Below the pieces are notes generated by a model that did no database searches, was not told the DNA's origin, and worked only from the letters and a program-made list of their open reading frames with translations. DNA of 64,000 nt from an uncultured bacterium (GTDB lineage: Bacteria; Krumholzibacteriota; Krumholzibacteriia; LZORAL124-64-63): contig CAVSGO010000006.1 in NCBI GenBank assembly GCA_963727525.1, forward strand, positions 160,001 through 224,000, given 5' to 3'. Both the position numbers and the translations under genes were made by a program. How positions within the stretch are numbered: position 1 is the first letter of the stretch; every line of letters starts with the position of its first letter. Below are positions 39,398-48,435 of the stretch, one piece after another.

Positions 39398-39595
39398 GTG
39401 TCTCCGGGTCGATCGTCCGGGCGGGCACGGCGCAACACGTCATACGCCGCCGATTCGCCCATATTACGCGAGACGGCAGGGGGCTGCCAGGCGCGATGGC
39501 GGCGCCCGAGGCGCGACTTTGACTGCGAGCGGCTTCACGGGTAGCATGTGGTGCCCGCCCACGCGTTGACAGTGCCTCTGATGGCGGAGAGAGTC

Positions 39596-40846
39596 GTGAA
39601 CCCTGTCGACCACATGCTCCAGCCGTGTTTGCCCTGTCCGCCCGGACGCCGCCGGCGACCGTCCCGCCGCACGCTACTGCTCGCGGCCCTGCTCGCACTC
39701 ATCGTCTTGTCCGGGGGGTGTGGACGCGGGTCGGTCGCGGAGTTCAGTCCCGGTCAGCTCACCGAGCAGACGCTGTTCACCGGCGGAACGGGGGGCTACT
39801 TCATCTATCGTGCGCCGGTGCTGCTGGTCACCGAGGCAGGAACCGTCCTCGCATTTGCCGAGGGTCGCCGTAACAGCCGACGCGACAACGGCGATATCGA
39901 CTTCCTGCTGCGTCGATCGCAGGACGGTGGACAAACCTGGTCGCCGCCGCAACTTTTGATCGATTTCGGGCCCGACACGTGCGGCAACCCTGCCGCCGTC
40001 CAGGATCGCGACACGGGCACGATCTGGCTGTTCGTCGTCTGGAACCGCGGCGAGGACGAGGAAAGCGAGATCGTCCGCGGCGAATCCCGCGATACCCGGC
40101 GCCCTTATGTGTTCGCGAGTCGCGACGACGGCCGGACCTGGTCGCCGCCGCGGGAGATCACGGACGAGGTCAAGAGCTCGGAGATGCGCTGGTACGACAT
40201 CGGTCCTGGCCGGGCCATCCAGCTGCGCTACGGTCCTCATCGTGGTCGTTTGCTCGTGCCCGGCGACCACAGCTATCCCGTTGCGAACGGGAAGTTCCAC
40301 GGCGTCGCGGACATGGGCGGCCACGTGTTCTACAGCGACGATCATGGCGAGACCTGGCACCTGGGCGGGATGATCCGCCCGGGCGCCGCCGAACCACAGC
40401 TCGCCGAGCTCGCTGGCGGGCAGGGCCGGGTCCTCGCGAACCTCAGGTCGTTCGGGCGCAATGGGCACCGCCTCCAGGCGATCAGTGACGACGGCGGCGA
40501 TACGTGGACCGCGCCGCGTGAGATGAGATCCCTCATCGAACCCAGGTGCCAGGGGAGTCTTCTGCGATACTCGTGGCCCCAGGACCCCACCGGCGACCTG
40601 CTGCTGTTCACCAATCCGGCCAGCCGCCAGCGCGAGAACCTCGTGGTGCGTGCGAGTCGCGACGGCGGCCGGACGTGGCCCCGCGGGCTGGTGATCCATC
40701 GGGGACCGGCCTCCTACTCCTGCCTTGCCCGCATGTCCGCCGGTCGCGTGGGCTGCCTCTACGAGGCGGGGGACTCGCGTCTCTACGAGCGGATCGTCCT
40801 GGCGACGTTTCCCGTCGCGGCACTCGGCGGAGACCAGCCGCGCTGA
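39596..40846 (+). CDS. GH33 sialidase family lipoprotein
   Basis: YRAP (RIP-like), FAEGR, Asp-boxes SQDGGQTW, SRDDGRTW, SDDHGETW, SDDGGDTW, SRDGGRTW; ASYS, LYE. Start uncertain (39548-39614). Confidence 0.9.
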   Translation: MNPVDHMLQPCLPCPPGRRRRPSRRTLLLAALLALIVLSGGCGRGSVAEFSPGQLTEQTLFTGGTGGYFIYRAPVLLVTEAGTVLAFAEGRRNSRRDNGDIDFLLRRSQDGGQTWSPPQLLIDFGPDTCGNPAAVQDRDTGTIWLFVVWNRGEDEESEIVRGESRDTRRPYVFASRDDGRTWSPPREITDEVKSSEMRWYDIGPGRAIQLRYGPHRGRLLVPGDHSYPVANGKFHGVADMGGHVFYSDDHGETWHLGGMIRPGAAEPQLAELAGGQGRVLANLRSFGRNGHRLQAISDDGGDTWTAPREMRSLIEPRCQGSLLRYSWPQDPTGDLLLFTNPASRQRENLVVRASRDGGRTWPRGLVIHRGPASYSCLARMSAGRVGCLYEAGDSRLYERIVLATFPVAALGGDQPR

Positions 40847-40988
40847 CGGCCTCGTGATCCAGCCCTTTTTCGTGGGCCCACGAGTTGCAAGAGTGTGGGC
40901 GTGCACCCTGCCCTGAGGAAATCATGAGGCTGGGTGAGGAAGATCCGGAAGGGCCACGGCAGGCGGAATGACATAGGGGAACTGCACC

Positions 40989-41597
40989 ATGCGTATCATC
41001 GTTGCAAAGCTCAATGCTGTTACCGCCCGGTTGCGTGGACCGCGGCTCGTGACGGCCCCCGGCTCCACATTCCAGGTGGGTCGGAAGAGTCCCCAGTACC
41101 GCAACAAGCAACTCGCCAATGCCAACCGTCTGCTCGAGATGGGCGAGTTCGAGACGGCCGAGCCGATCCTGCGCCGACTCGTGCAGGAGAAGCCGCGCGA
41201 GGCGGAGTTCCTGGCGAGTCTCGCAATCTGCGTCGCGCAGAGCCAGGGCCGCTACGTCAGCGCCGAGAAGCTGGCGGAGAAGGCCCGGCGGCTCTCGCCC
41301 GACCAGGCCTGCGGTTGGTTCGCGCTGGGGTACATCAACCTGCTGGGATCGCGGCTCGAGCGCGGTCACTACTTCCTGAGCGAGAGCCGCAAGCGCGACC
41401 CGCGCGACCCGCGAGTCCGCTACGGCCTGGATGCGTGGCAACGGCGTCGGCCGCCGGTGATCGCCGACCTGGCGCACGATCACATCGTGAACCGACTGCT
41501 CGGCGGCATCCGGCGCATCTTCACCGATCGCCGGGTGATGCTGGCGAGCGCGGGGTGGTTGGCGTACCAGCTCATGGCGCTGGTCATGATTCGCTGA
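40989..41597 (+). CDS. TPR-containing protein with C-terminal hydrophobic segment
   Basis: TPR-like helices (ANRLLEMGEFETAE; GWFALGYINL); RBS AGGGGA. Confidence 0.7.
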   Translation: MRIIVAKLNAVTARLRGPRLVTAPGSTFQVGRKSPQYRNKQLANANRLLEMGEFETAEPILRRLVQEKPREAEFLASLAICVAQSQGRYVSAEKLAEKARRLSPDQACGWFALGYINLLGSRLERGHYFLSESRKRDPRDPRVRYGLDAWQRRRPPVIADLAHDHIVNRLLGGIRRIFTDRRVMLASAGWLAYQLMALVMIR

Positions 41598-41652
41598 GTC
41601 GGGCTTGCCGGCCGGCAGCAACGGTGCGAAGCTGGCGGCGAGGAGGTTCGTC

Positions 41653-42378
41653 ATGCCCGACCGGCACCCGTTCGCCGCCCTGGTCCTCGGAATCTGCCTG
41701 ATCGCCGCCGCGGCGATCCTGGCGACGACGTGGCGCGGCAACGTCAAGATCGCCCAGACGCTCGACGTCGTCGGTTCGGCCAAGATGGACCTGATGTCCG
41801 ATCTGGGCCGCCTCACCTGCAGCCTGCAGGCCAGTGGCAGCACCGCCGAGGCCGCGTATACCGCGTTGCAGGGGCAGATCCCCATCCTGACCGAATACCT
41901 CGCGGGCATGGGTCTCACCGGCGACGCCATCGAGCCGTCGCCGATCAATACCTGGACCGTCGACGAATTCGACAGCAACGGTCGGCCCACCGGTCGCGTG
42001 CTGTCGTACGAGGCGCAGCAGCAGTTCGTGGTGGAATCGAAGGATGTCGACCTGATCAAGCGCGTCTCCCTCGACCTGGCCAGCCTCGTGACCAAGGGCG
42101 TGGATATCCACACCCAGTCCCCCGAGTACCTCTACCTGGAACTCTCCGACGTGAAGGTGGAGGTGCAAGCCCTCGCCGCCAAGGACGCCATGGAACGCGC
42201 CCGCCGCATCGCCGAGGCCAGCGGCGCGAAGATCGGGCCGATCCGCGACGCCACCGTGGGGGTGTTGCAGATCACGCCTCAGCATTCGACGATGGTGTCG
42301 GATTACGGGATCAACGACAACTCGTCGATCGAGAAGCAGATCACCGCCGTGGTGCATGCGAAGTTCGCGATCCAGTAG
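41653..42378 (+). CDS. SIMPL (DUF541) domain protein
   Basis: LDVVGSA, AAKDAMERARRIA...IGPIRDATVGVLQIT; RBS AGGAGG. Confidence 0.88.
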   Translation: MPDRHPFAALVLGICLIAAAAILATTWRGNVKIAQTLDVVGSAKMDLMSDLGRLTCSLQASGSTAEAAYTALQGQIPILTEYLAGMGLTGDAIEPSPINTWTVDEFDSNGRPTGRVLSYEAQQQFVVESKDVDLIKRVSLDLASLVTKGVDIHTQSPEYLYLELSDVKVEVQALAAKDAMERARRIAEASGAKIGPIRDATVGVLQITPQHSTMVSDYGINDNSSIEKQITAVVHAKFAIQ

Positions 42379-42462
42379 GGGCGGATTCGACGTAGTTGCG
42401 CGCAAAGATTCGTCGTCCGCGCGCGATGTCCCGCCGCACGGCCTCGAGAAAACCACCCTGGA

Positions 42463-42897
42463 CTAGGGACGCGTGAAGTCACACAGCGGTGGTGACGTCG
42501 TTTCCTCGCGCAGCAAATCCTCGATGGACGATCCCGCGAACGCGATTTCCATGGCTTCGGCCGCCATGTCGAGGCGTCGGTGCAGCGGGCAAAGCGTCGT
42601 GCCGTGGCTCGTCAGACCCAGGGGGCAGCTGTGGATGCGGCGGATGGGATCCACCGCATTGACCACATCGAGCACCGAGATCTCCGCCGGCGGCCGGGCG
42701 ATGCGGAAACCGCCACCGCGCCCGGGGGCGGACGTCACCAGGCCGGCTCGGGCCAACTTCTGCAACACCTTCGCGAGATAGCCGGCCGGCACCTGGGATA
42801 CCCGGGCGATCTCAGGCGTGCCGTGGGGGGCGTCCGATGCCGAAGCCAGCCAGACCACGGCTCTCAGGGCATATTCGGCAGTTTGGGAGATCATCAT
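42463..42897 (-). CDS. Rrf2 family transcriptional regulator
   Basis: SQTAEYALRA, YLAKVLQKLARAGLV, GRGGGF, CPLG...LCPLH. Confidence 0.92.
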   Translation of the reverse strand: MMISQTAEYALRAVVWLASASDAPHGTPEIARVSQVPAGYLAKVLQKLARAGLVTSAPGRGGGFRIARPPAEISVLDVVNAVDPIRRIHSCPLGLTSHGTTLCPLHRRLDMAAEAMEIAFAGSSIEDLLREETTSPPLCDFTRP

Positions 42898-42940
42898 CCG
42901 GAGGTCCCTTCTCTCGCGATCCTGCCTCACAAGATCCACA

Positions 42941-43002
42941 AAAAGGACCTTGACGTCCAGGTTTAACTTGTGCAATTTATGTAAACCAAGACGTCTTGGT
43001 AT
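42941..43002. promoter_or_regulatory. Twin palindromic operators ACCnnGACGTCnnGGT between rrf2 and ric
   Basis: 42947-42962 ACCTTGACGTCCAGGT and 42985-43000 ACCAAGACGTCTTGGT (perfect palindrome) in an AT-rich spacer. Confidence 0.75.
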
Positions 43003-43034
43003 CGTTAAAGCCTGGAAACGACAGGAGTGTTGTG

Positions 43035-43772
43035 ATGGCCATCGATCTCGAAACCAGCGTCGGCGACCTTGCCGGCAGCCTCCCAGCCCTGATTCCCGTG
43101 CTGGAATCACTCGGTATCGACTACTGCTGTGGCGGCCAGCGATCGCTGGTCGAGGCGTGCCGGTCCGCCAACCGCGATCCCCAGACAGTGCTGGCGGCGC
43201 TGGTCCGGGCCGAGCAGCCATCATCGGCGTCGTCCGTGGCTGCCACCGACTGGCGACAGGCGAGCCTCAACGCGCTCATCGATCACATCGTCGCTCGCCA
43301 CCATGAATATCTGCGCCAATCGCTGCCTCGTATCGGCGATCTCATGCAGACCGTCTTGAAAGCCCATGGCGCCAACCACCCGGATCTGGCCGGGGTGTCC
43401 GAGCAATTCCAGGCGTTGCGCGCCGAACTTGAGAACCATCTGCTCAAGGAGGAGGGCATCCTCTTCCCCATGATCCAGTCGATGGAGGTGACACGGAGTC
43501 TGGACGACGTCCATTGCGGCTCCGTTGCCAACCCCATCACGGTCATGGAGCACGAACACGACAACGCCGGAAACGCCCTGCGCAATCTGCGAGCCTGGAC
43601 CAACGAGTACCAGCCGCCCGCCGACGCTTGCCCCACCTATCGTGCGTTGCTCACGGACCTGGCCAACCTCGAGCAAGACCTCCACGAGCATATCCACATG
43701 GAGAACAATCTTCTGCACCCCCGCGCCGTGGCCCTGGAAGCCCGGTTGCGCAACACTGCCGCAGGCGATTGA
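43035..43772 (+). CDS. ric: Iron-sulfur cluster repair di-iron protein Ric/YtfE
   Basis: IDYCCGG, HHEYLR, HLLKEEGILFP, MEHEHD, HIHMENNLL. Confidence 0.95.
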   Translation: MAIDLETSVGDLAGSLPALIPVLESLGIDYCCGGQRSLVEACRSANRDPQTVLAALVRAEQPSSASSVAATDWRQASLNALIDHIVARHHEYLRQSLPRIGDLMQTVLKAHGANHPDLAGVSEQFQALRAELENHLLKEEGILFPMIQSMEVTRSLDDVHCGSVANPITVMEHEHDNAGNALRNLRAWTNEYQPPADACPTYRALLTDLANLEQDLHEHIHMENNLLHPRAVALEARLRNTAAGD

Positions 43773-43783
43773 AAGGTCGAACC

Positions 43784-46072
43784 ATGAACAATCGCAAACT
43801 CTGGGGTACGTTCGTTGCCGTGATCGTGATCTCGTTTTCCGTGCTCGGATACTTCGGTCACGAGATCTATCGCCAGGCGCCTCCCATTCCCGACCGCGTC
43901 GTCGCCGCGTCGGGCGAGGTGCTCTTCACCGGTCAGCAGATCCACGACGGTCAGAATGTCTGGCAGTCCACCGGCGGCCATGAGCTGGGTTCGGTCTGGG
44001 GCCATGGGTCCTACGTCGCGCCGGACTGGTCGGCCGACTGGCTTCACCGGGAAGCCGAGCACCTGCTCGGACTGTGGAGCGATCGAGACTATCAGCGCCG
44101 TCCCGCAGCGATCAGCGCCGAGCAACTGGCTGGCCTGAAATCGCGCCTGCAGCAGGAGATGCGCACCAATACCTACGACCCGGCCACCAGGGTCTTGACC
44201 CTCGGCAATGACCGCGCCGCCTCGGTGCTGGCGATCGCCACCTACTACCGGCAGCTCTTCGGAGACGATCCGCAGCTGGCCCGGACCCGCGAGGCGTACG
44301 CCATGCAAACGCCCACGGTCAGTGGCCGCGAACGTCTCGACGACCTGACCGCGTTCTTCTTCTGGACCGCCTGGGCCTGTGTCACGGAACGGCCTGGGCA
44401 GGAGATCACCTACACCAACAACTGGCCGGCCGACGAGCTGGTGGGCAACCATCCGACAGGCAACCTCATCCTGTGGACCGGTTTTTCGGTGATCCTGTTG
44501 CTGGCGGGAGTGGCCTTGCTGGGATGGTACTACGCCACCAACCGTGATCAAGAACCGGACCCGTCGACGTTGCCGGCCAACGATCCGCTCACGGCGCTCG
44601 AGCCGACGCCGTCCATGCAGGCCACGCTCAAGTATTTCTGGGTGGTGTGCGCCCTGCTGGTCGTGCAGGTCGTGCTCGGTGCGGTAACCGCGCATTTCGG
44701 CGTGGAGGGTTCGGGCTTCTATGGCCTCGACCTCGGCCGCATCCTGCCATACAGCGTATCGCGCACCTGGCACGTGCAGCTTGGCATCTTCTGGATCGCC
44801 ACCTCGTGGCTGGCGACCGGGTTGTTCATCGGTCCGGCCGTGGCCGGCCAGGAGCCACGATTCCAGAGGCTCGGCGTCAACGTGCTGTTCGGCGCGCTGA
44901 TCGTCGTGGTGGGCGGCTCGCTCGTCGGCGAGTGGCTCGGCATCATGCAGAAGCTCGATCTGGTGCCCAACTTCTGGTTCGGTCATCAGGGTTACGAGTA
45001 TGTCGACCTGGGCCGGCTGTGGCAGATCTTGCTGCTGGTGGGACTGCTGCTGTGGTTGGTGTTGATGGTGCGCGCTCTGCTGCCGGCGTTGCGACGGCGA
45101 GACGAGAGCCGCTCGCTACTCACCCTGCTCGTGATCTCCTGCGTGGCCATTGCCGGCTTCTACGGCGCTGGCCTGATGTGGGGTCGCCAGACCAACCTGG
45201 CCATGGCCGAATACTGGCGCTGGTGGGTCGTGCACCTGTGGGTGGAAGGTTTCTTCGAGGTGTTCGCCACGGTGGTGATCGCCTTCCTGTTCGTGCGGCT
45301 GGGCCTCCTGCGAGTGAAACTGGCCACGGCCGCCGCGCTGTTCTCCACCAACGTGTTCCTTGCCGGCGGCATCATCGGCACCTTCCATCACCTGTATTTC
45401 ACCGGTACACCCACGGCCATCCTGGCCCTGGGGTCGACGTTCTCGGCGCTGGAAGTCGTGCCGCTGGTGCTGCTGGGCTTCGAGGTCTATCACAACCTGC
45501 GGCTGAGCAAGGCCACACCGTGGCTCACGGCTTACAAGTGGCCCATCTACTGCTTCGTGGCCGTGGCCTTCTGGAACCTGGTCGGTGCCGGCATCTTCGG
45601 TTTCCTCATCAATCCGCCCATCGCGCTGTACTACATGCAGGGCTTGAACACCACGCCAGTGCACGGTCACACGGCCCTGTTCGGTGTGTATGGCATGCTC
45701 GGCATCGGGCTCATGCTGTTCGTGCTCAAGGGCCTGGCCGCGCGCCGGATCTGGAAGGACGGCGTGATACGATTCGCGTTCTGGTCGATCAACGTCGGCC
45801 TCCTGCTCATGGTGCTGATCAGTGTCCTGCCGATCGGTCTGGCCCAGACGGTGGCCAGCGTGAACAAGGGTCTGTGGTATGCACGGTCGTCGGCGTTCAT
45901 GCAGCAAGACTATCTGCAAACCCTGCGCTGGCTGCGGGTGATCGGCGACACCATCTTCGCCGTGGGGGCGCTGGCGCTAGGCTACTTCGTGATGGGGCTG
46001 AAAACCGGCTGGTCGGTACGGCCCGAGCACGATCTGCCAGAGCGGGTGGCCGCGAAGGTGTTGGCCCGATGA
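43784..46072 (+). CDS. norB: Quinol-dependent nitric oxide reductase (qNOR)
   Basis: GSVWGHGSYVAPDWSADWLHRE, QGYEYVDLGR, WWVVHLWVEGFFE, GTFHHLY, VHGHTALFGVYG. Confidence 0.96.
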   Translation: MNNRKLWGTFVAVIVISFSVLGYFGHEIYRQAPPIPDRVVAASGEVLFTGQQIHDGQNVWQSTGGHELGSVWGHGSYVAPDWSADWLHREAEHLLGLWSDRDYQRRPAAISAEQLAGLKSRLQQEMRTNTYDPATRVLTLGNDRAASVLAIATYYRQLFGDDPQLARTREAYAMQTPTVSGRERLDDLTAFFFWTAWACVTERPGQEITYTNNWPADELVGNHPTGNLILWTGFSVILLLAGVALLGWYYATNRDQEPDPSTLPANDPLTALEPTPSMQATLKYFWVVCALLVVQVVLGAVTAHFGVEGSGFYGLDLGRILPYSVSRTWHVQLGIFWIATSWLATGLFIGPAVAGQEPRFQRLGVNVLFGALIVVVGGSLVGEWLGIMQKLDLVPNFWFGHQGYEYVDLGRLWQILLLVGLLLWLVLMVRALLPALRRRDESRSLLTLLVISCVAIAGFYGAGLMWGRQTNLAMAEYWRWWVVHLWVEGFFEVFATVVIAFLFVRLGLLRVKLATAAALFSTNVFLAGGIIGTFHHLYFTGTPTAILALGSTFSALEVVPLVLLGFEVYHNLRLSKATPWLTAYKWPIYCFVAVAFWNLVGAGIFGFLINPPIALYYMQGLNTTPVHGHTALFGVYGMLGIGLMLFVLKGLAARRIWKDGVIRFAFWSINVGLLLMVLISVLPIGLAQTVASVNKGLWYARSSAFMQQDYLQTLRWLRVIGDTIFAVGALALGYFVMGLKTGWSVRPEHDLPERVAAKVLAR

Positions 46073-46080
46073 GTTGATTC

Positions 46081-46112
46081 CAGGGGGCCCGCCGTTGGCG
46101 CCCCCTGATTTT
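46081..46112 (+). terminator. Probable terminator after qNOR
   Basis: CAGGGGGC...GCCCCCTG followed by ATTTT. Confidence 0.55.
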
Positions 46113-46162
46113 GGGCTCCAGATCCATCGAACCTTCTGGCATACTCGTGCCAGGAGGTTCCG

Positions 46163-46750
46163 ATGGGGAAGCCGCAGTTCACCGATCCGCGGTTCGTGGA
46201 TCGGCTGCGATCCGGTGACGCCGTAGCCATCGAGGCGGTGGTCCATGCCTATCTCCCGCAGATCCTGCGGGCGGCTCGCGGGGCCGGCCTGGATCTCGCG
46301 CGGGCTGAGGATGTCACGCAATCCGTCTTTCTGACCTTCATCCAGACTGTCGCGCGATTCGAGGGGCGGGCCCATGTACGGACGTGGTTGTTCGGTATCC
46401 TCTACCGGAAACTCTCGGAGACCTGGCGTGCCGTCAAGCGGGAGAACGAAGCGGACGATATCGACGGGATCATGGAGGAGCGGTTCGCGCCGAACGGAAC
46501 CTGGGCGCGTCCGCCCCGCGAGGCGGATCAGGAGACACTGGACGCGGAGATCCGGGCTCACCTCGCGGTCTGCCTCGATGGCGTTCCCCAGCGCCAGCGG
46601 GTGGCGTTCCTGATGCGGGAGGTCGAGTGTATGTCGACCGAGGAGATATGTAATGTCATGGAGGTTACCGACACCAACCTCGGGGTGCTCCTGTTCCGGG
46701 TCCGCAACCGCCTCCGCGAGTGTCTTGAGAAGCGGAACGTGAAGGGCTGA
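46163..46750 (+). CDS. ECF sigma-70 factor
   Basis: AEDVTQSVF, FEGRAHVRTWLFGIL, FLMREVE..STEEIC, VLLFRVRNRLRECL. Confidence 0.92.
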   Translation: MGKPQFTDPRFVDRLRSGDAVAIEAVVHAYLPQILRAARGAGLDLARAEDVTQSVFLTFIQTVARFEGRAHVRTWLFGILYRKLSETWRAVKRENEADDIDGIMEERFAPNGTWARPPREADQETLDAEIRAHLAVCLDGVPQRQRVAFLMREVECMSTEEICNVMEVTDTNLGVLLFRVRNRLRECLEKRNVKG

Positions 46751-46754
46751 TACG

Positions 46755-47030
46755 ATGCTGAAATGCCACGAAGTTTCGCATCTGGCGGCGAGCGGTGGGA
46801 TCGCCCGGGCGGGGTTGCTCAAGCGACTCGAGTTTCGCCTGCACCTCATGATGTGCCGTCACTGCCGCAACTATGTCCGCCAGGTCGCGCGGATCGGCGC
46901 CGCGGCCGCGAAGCTCTTCGGCGCCGGGACCGAGGATGCCGACGCCGTGGCGCGCGTCGAGGCCAGGGTTCTCGCCTCGGTCCGCAAGCCCCCTCCCGAT
47001 CACGACGGTGGCGCCAGCCACTCCCACTAG
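46755..47030 (+). CDS. Soluble zf-HC2 anti-sigma factor
   Basis: MLKC...HLMMCRHC (C-Xn-HxxxCxxC). Confidence 0.88.
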   Translation: MLKCHEVSHLAASGGIARAGLLKRLEFRLHLMMCRHCRNYVRQVARIGAAAAKLFGAGTEDADAVARVEARVLASVRKPPPDHDGGASHSH

Positions 47031-47674
47031 CGCGCCGCTCGCGATTCGTTTGCGCTCCAGCGTCGGTAGACCAGTCCCAGGGCAGTGCCGTAGACGATGT
47101 GGGCCAGGATGACGGTGACCGGCATCGTGGGCATCTGCAGACCAAAGGCGCCGACGCCAAGCGACGTGGCGACAGGGCTGGCCAGGAACCCGATCCCGAT
47201 CATGACACCGTAGGCGACGGACCAGCGCAGACGGCGGCGTCCCAGCAGCACCGCAAAGATCAAGCCGAACATCCCGCCATTGGCGAAGTGATATGCCCAG
47301 CCCAGGACATCGGAGAGGTGTGACGGTCCGACCATGAAGCGGTTGGTGAGCAGGACGCCCATCAGACGCGGCATGTCGCCCGGCATGCCGCCGAGCCGGA
47401 AGCTCACGATCCGGACGATCTCCAGTCCGATCGTGGCCACCACACCGGCGGCTGCACCCACCAGCGTTCGCCTGACCAGAATCCGGTGTCCACGGTGGGC
47501 GGCAAGGACGACAACCCCGGCGAGCACGGCCAGCGCAGGCAACAAGAGGTTCAGGGCGAGCACGGACATGCTCGCGTAGCCCGCCTGTGCAGCGGGGAAG
47601 ATGTTGGGCGCGATCGCAGCCAGGGCCAGGATCGTCGCCGCAAAGGCGTTCTGTTCGTTGATGATGCGTCGCAT
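47027..47674 (-). CDS. Hypothetical polytopic membrane protein
   Basis: About 6 TM segments; YHFANG and AHIVYG His-bearing helices. Confidence 0.7.
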   Translation of the reverse strand: MRRIINEQNAFAATILALAAIAPNIFPAAQAGYASMSVLALNLLLPALAVLAGVVVLAAHRGHRILVRRTLVGAAAGVVATIGLEIVRIVSFRLGGMPGDMPRLMGVLLTNRFMVGPSHLSDVLGWAYHFANGGMFGLIFAVLLGRRRLRWSVAYGVMIGIGFLASPVATSLGVGAFGLQMPTMPVTVILAHIVYGTALGLVYRRWSANESRAAR

Positions 47675-47729
47675 GAGTCATTGTCTCCTCGCTCGAGATC
47701 CGGATGCTGAAATCGAATCGCGGTCAACG

Positions 47730-47760
47730 GTAGGTGTCGCCTCGCCGCGCTTCCTTACAC
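47730..47760 (-). promoter_or_regulatory. Putative ECF promoter (GTGTAAGG-N13-CGACACCTAC)
   Basis: Same architecture as the divergent site at 47809-47839. Confidence 0.7.
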
Positions 47761-47808
47761 GGAGGTTGGCGCGCCCAACCCCGTCGGCGGTCGGTACCGA
47801 AAGATTGT

Positions 47809-47839
47809 GTGTAAGGGATGCCTCGCGTCCGTCACTCAC
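47809..47839 (+). promoter_or_regulatory. Putative ECF promoter (GTGTAAGG-N13-CGTCACTCAC)
   Basis: Same architecture as the divergent site at 47730-47760. Confidence 0.7.
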
Positions 47840-47904
47840 AGGCCGAGAGCGAAATCGTCCGAACCCGGGCGACACAGGAAATTTGCAAACGATCGGAGCG
47901 AATC

Positions 47905-48387
47905 ATGAAGACGTCGAATACCCACCTGGTTCACGCTGGCCTGCTGGCCCTGGTCTTGACCCTGCCTTCACTGACTGCTGGCGCGGCACGGGCTACGGGC
48001 GCGGACGATCTGAGCCAGACCGTGGTGGCGGGTTCGGTAGAGCAGGTGCTGAGCGGCCTGAAGAAGATGGTCGCCGACCACGGGATGATGGTCATGGGCG
48101 AGTTGCACCAGGGCAAGGTGCTGGAGATGACCGGACTGAAGGTGACGTCCGAGTCGATCTTCGTCGGCAACCCTAACGTGGGGAAGAAGCTCTTCGCCAT
48201 CGAACCGGGCGCCGGGGTCGCCTTGCCCGTGCGCGTGAACATCTTCGAGAATGCCGCCGGGCAGACCGTCGTTGCCTACATCCCGCCATCCCGGCAACTC
48301 GCCGGCTATCACAACCCCATGCTGGACAAGGCTGCCGCCATGCTCGACGAGAAGCTGGCCGGTATGGTCGGCATGATCGGCAAGTAG
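47905..48387 (+). CDS. DUF302 domain protein, exported
   Basis: Signal peptide; IFVGNPNVG, GVALPVRVNIFE. Confidence 0.85.
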   Translation: MKTSNTHLVHAGLLALVLTLPSLTAGAARATGADDLSQTVVAGSVEQVLSGLKKMVADHGMMVMGELHQGKVLEMTGLKVTSESIFVGNPNVGKKLFAIEPGAGVALPVRVNIFENAAGQTVVAYIPPSRQLAGYHNPMLDKAAAMLDEKLAGMVGMIGK

Positions 48388-48435
48388 CAGTCTCCCGAAG
48401 TGCCCCACCAGGCCACGCAAGCAAAGGAGATAGTA

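Noticed and set aside
43784-46072. NO dismutase (Nod) instead of qNOR
   Set aside because: Active-site His and Glu residues (HLWVEGFFE, HH) are canonical qNOR
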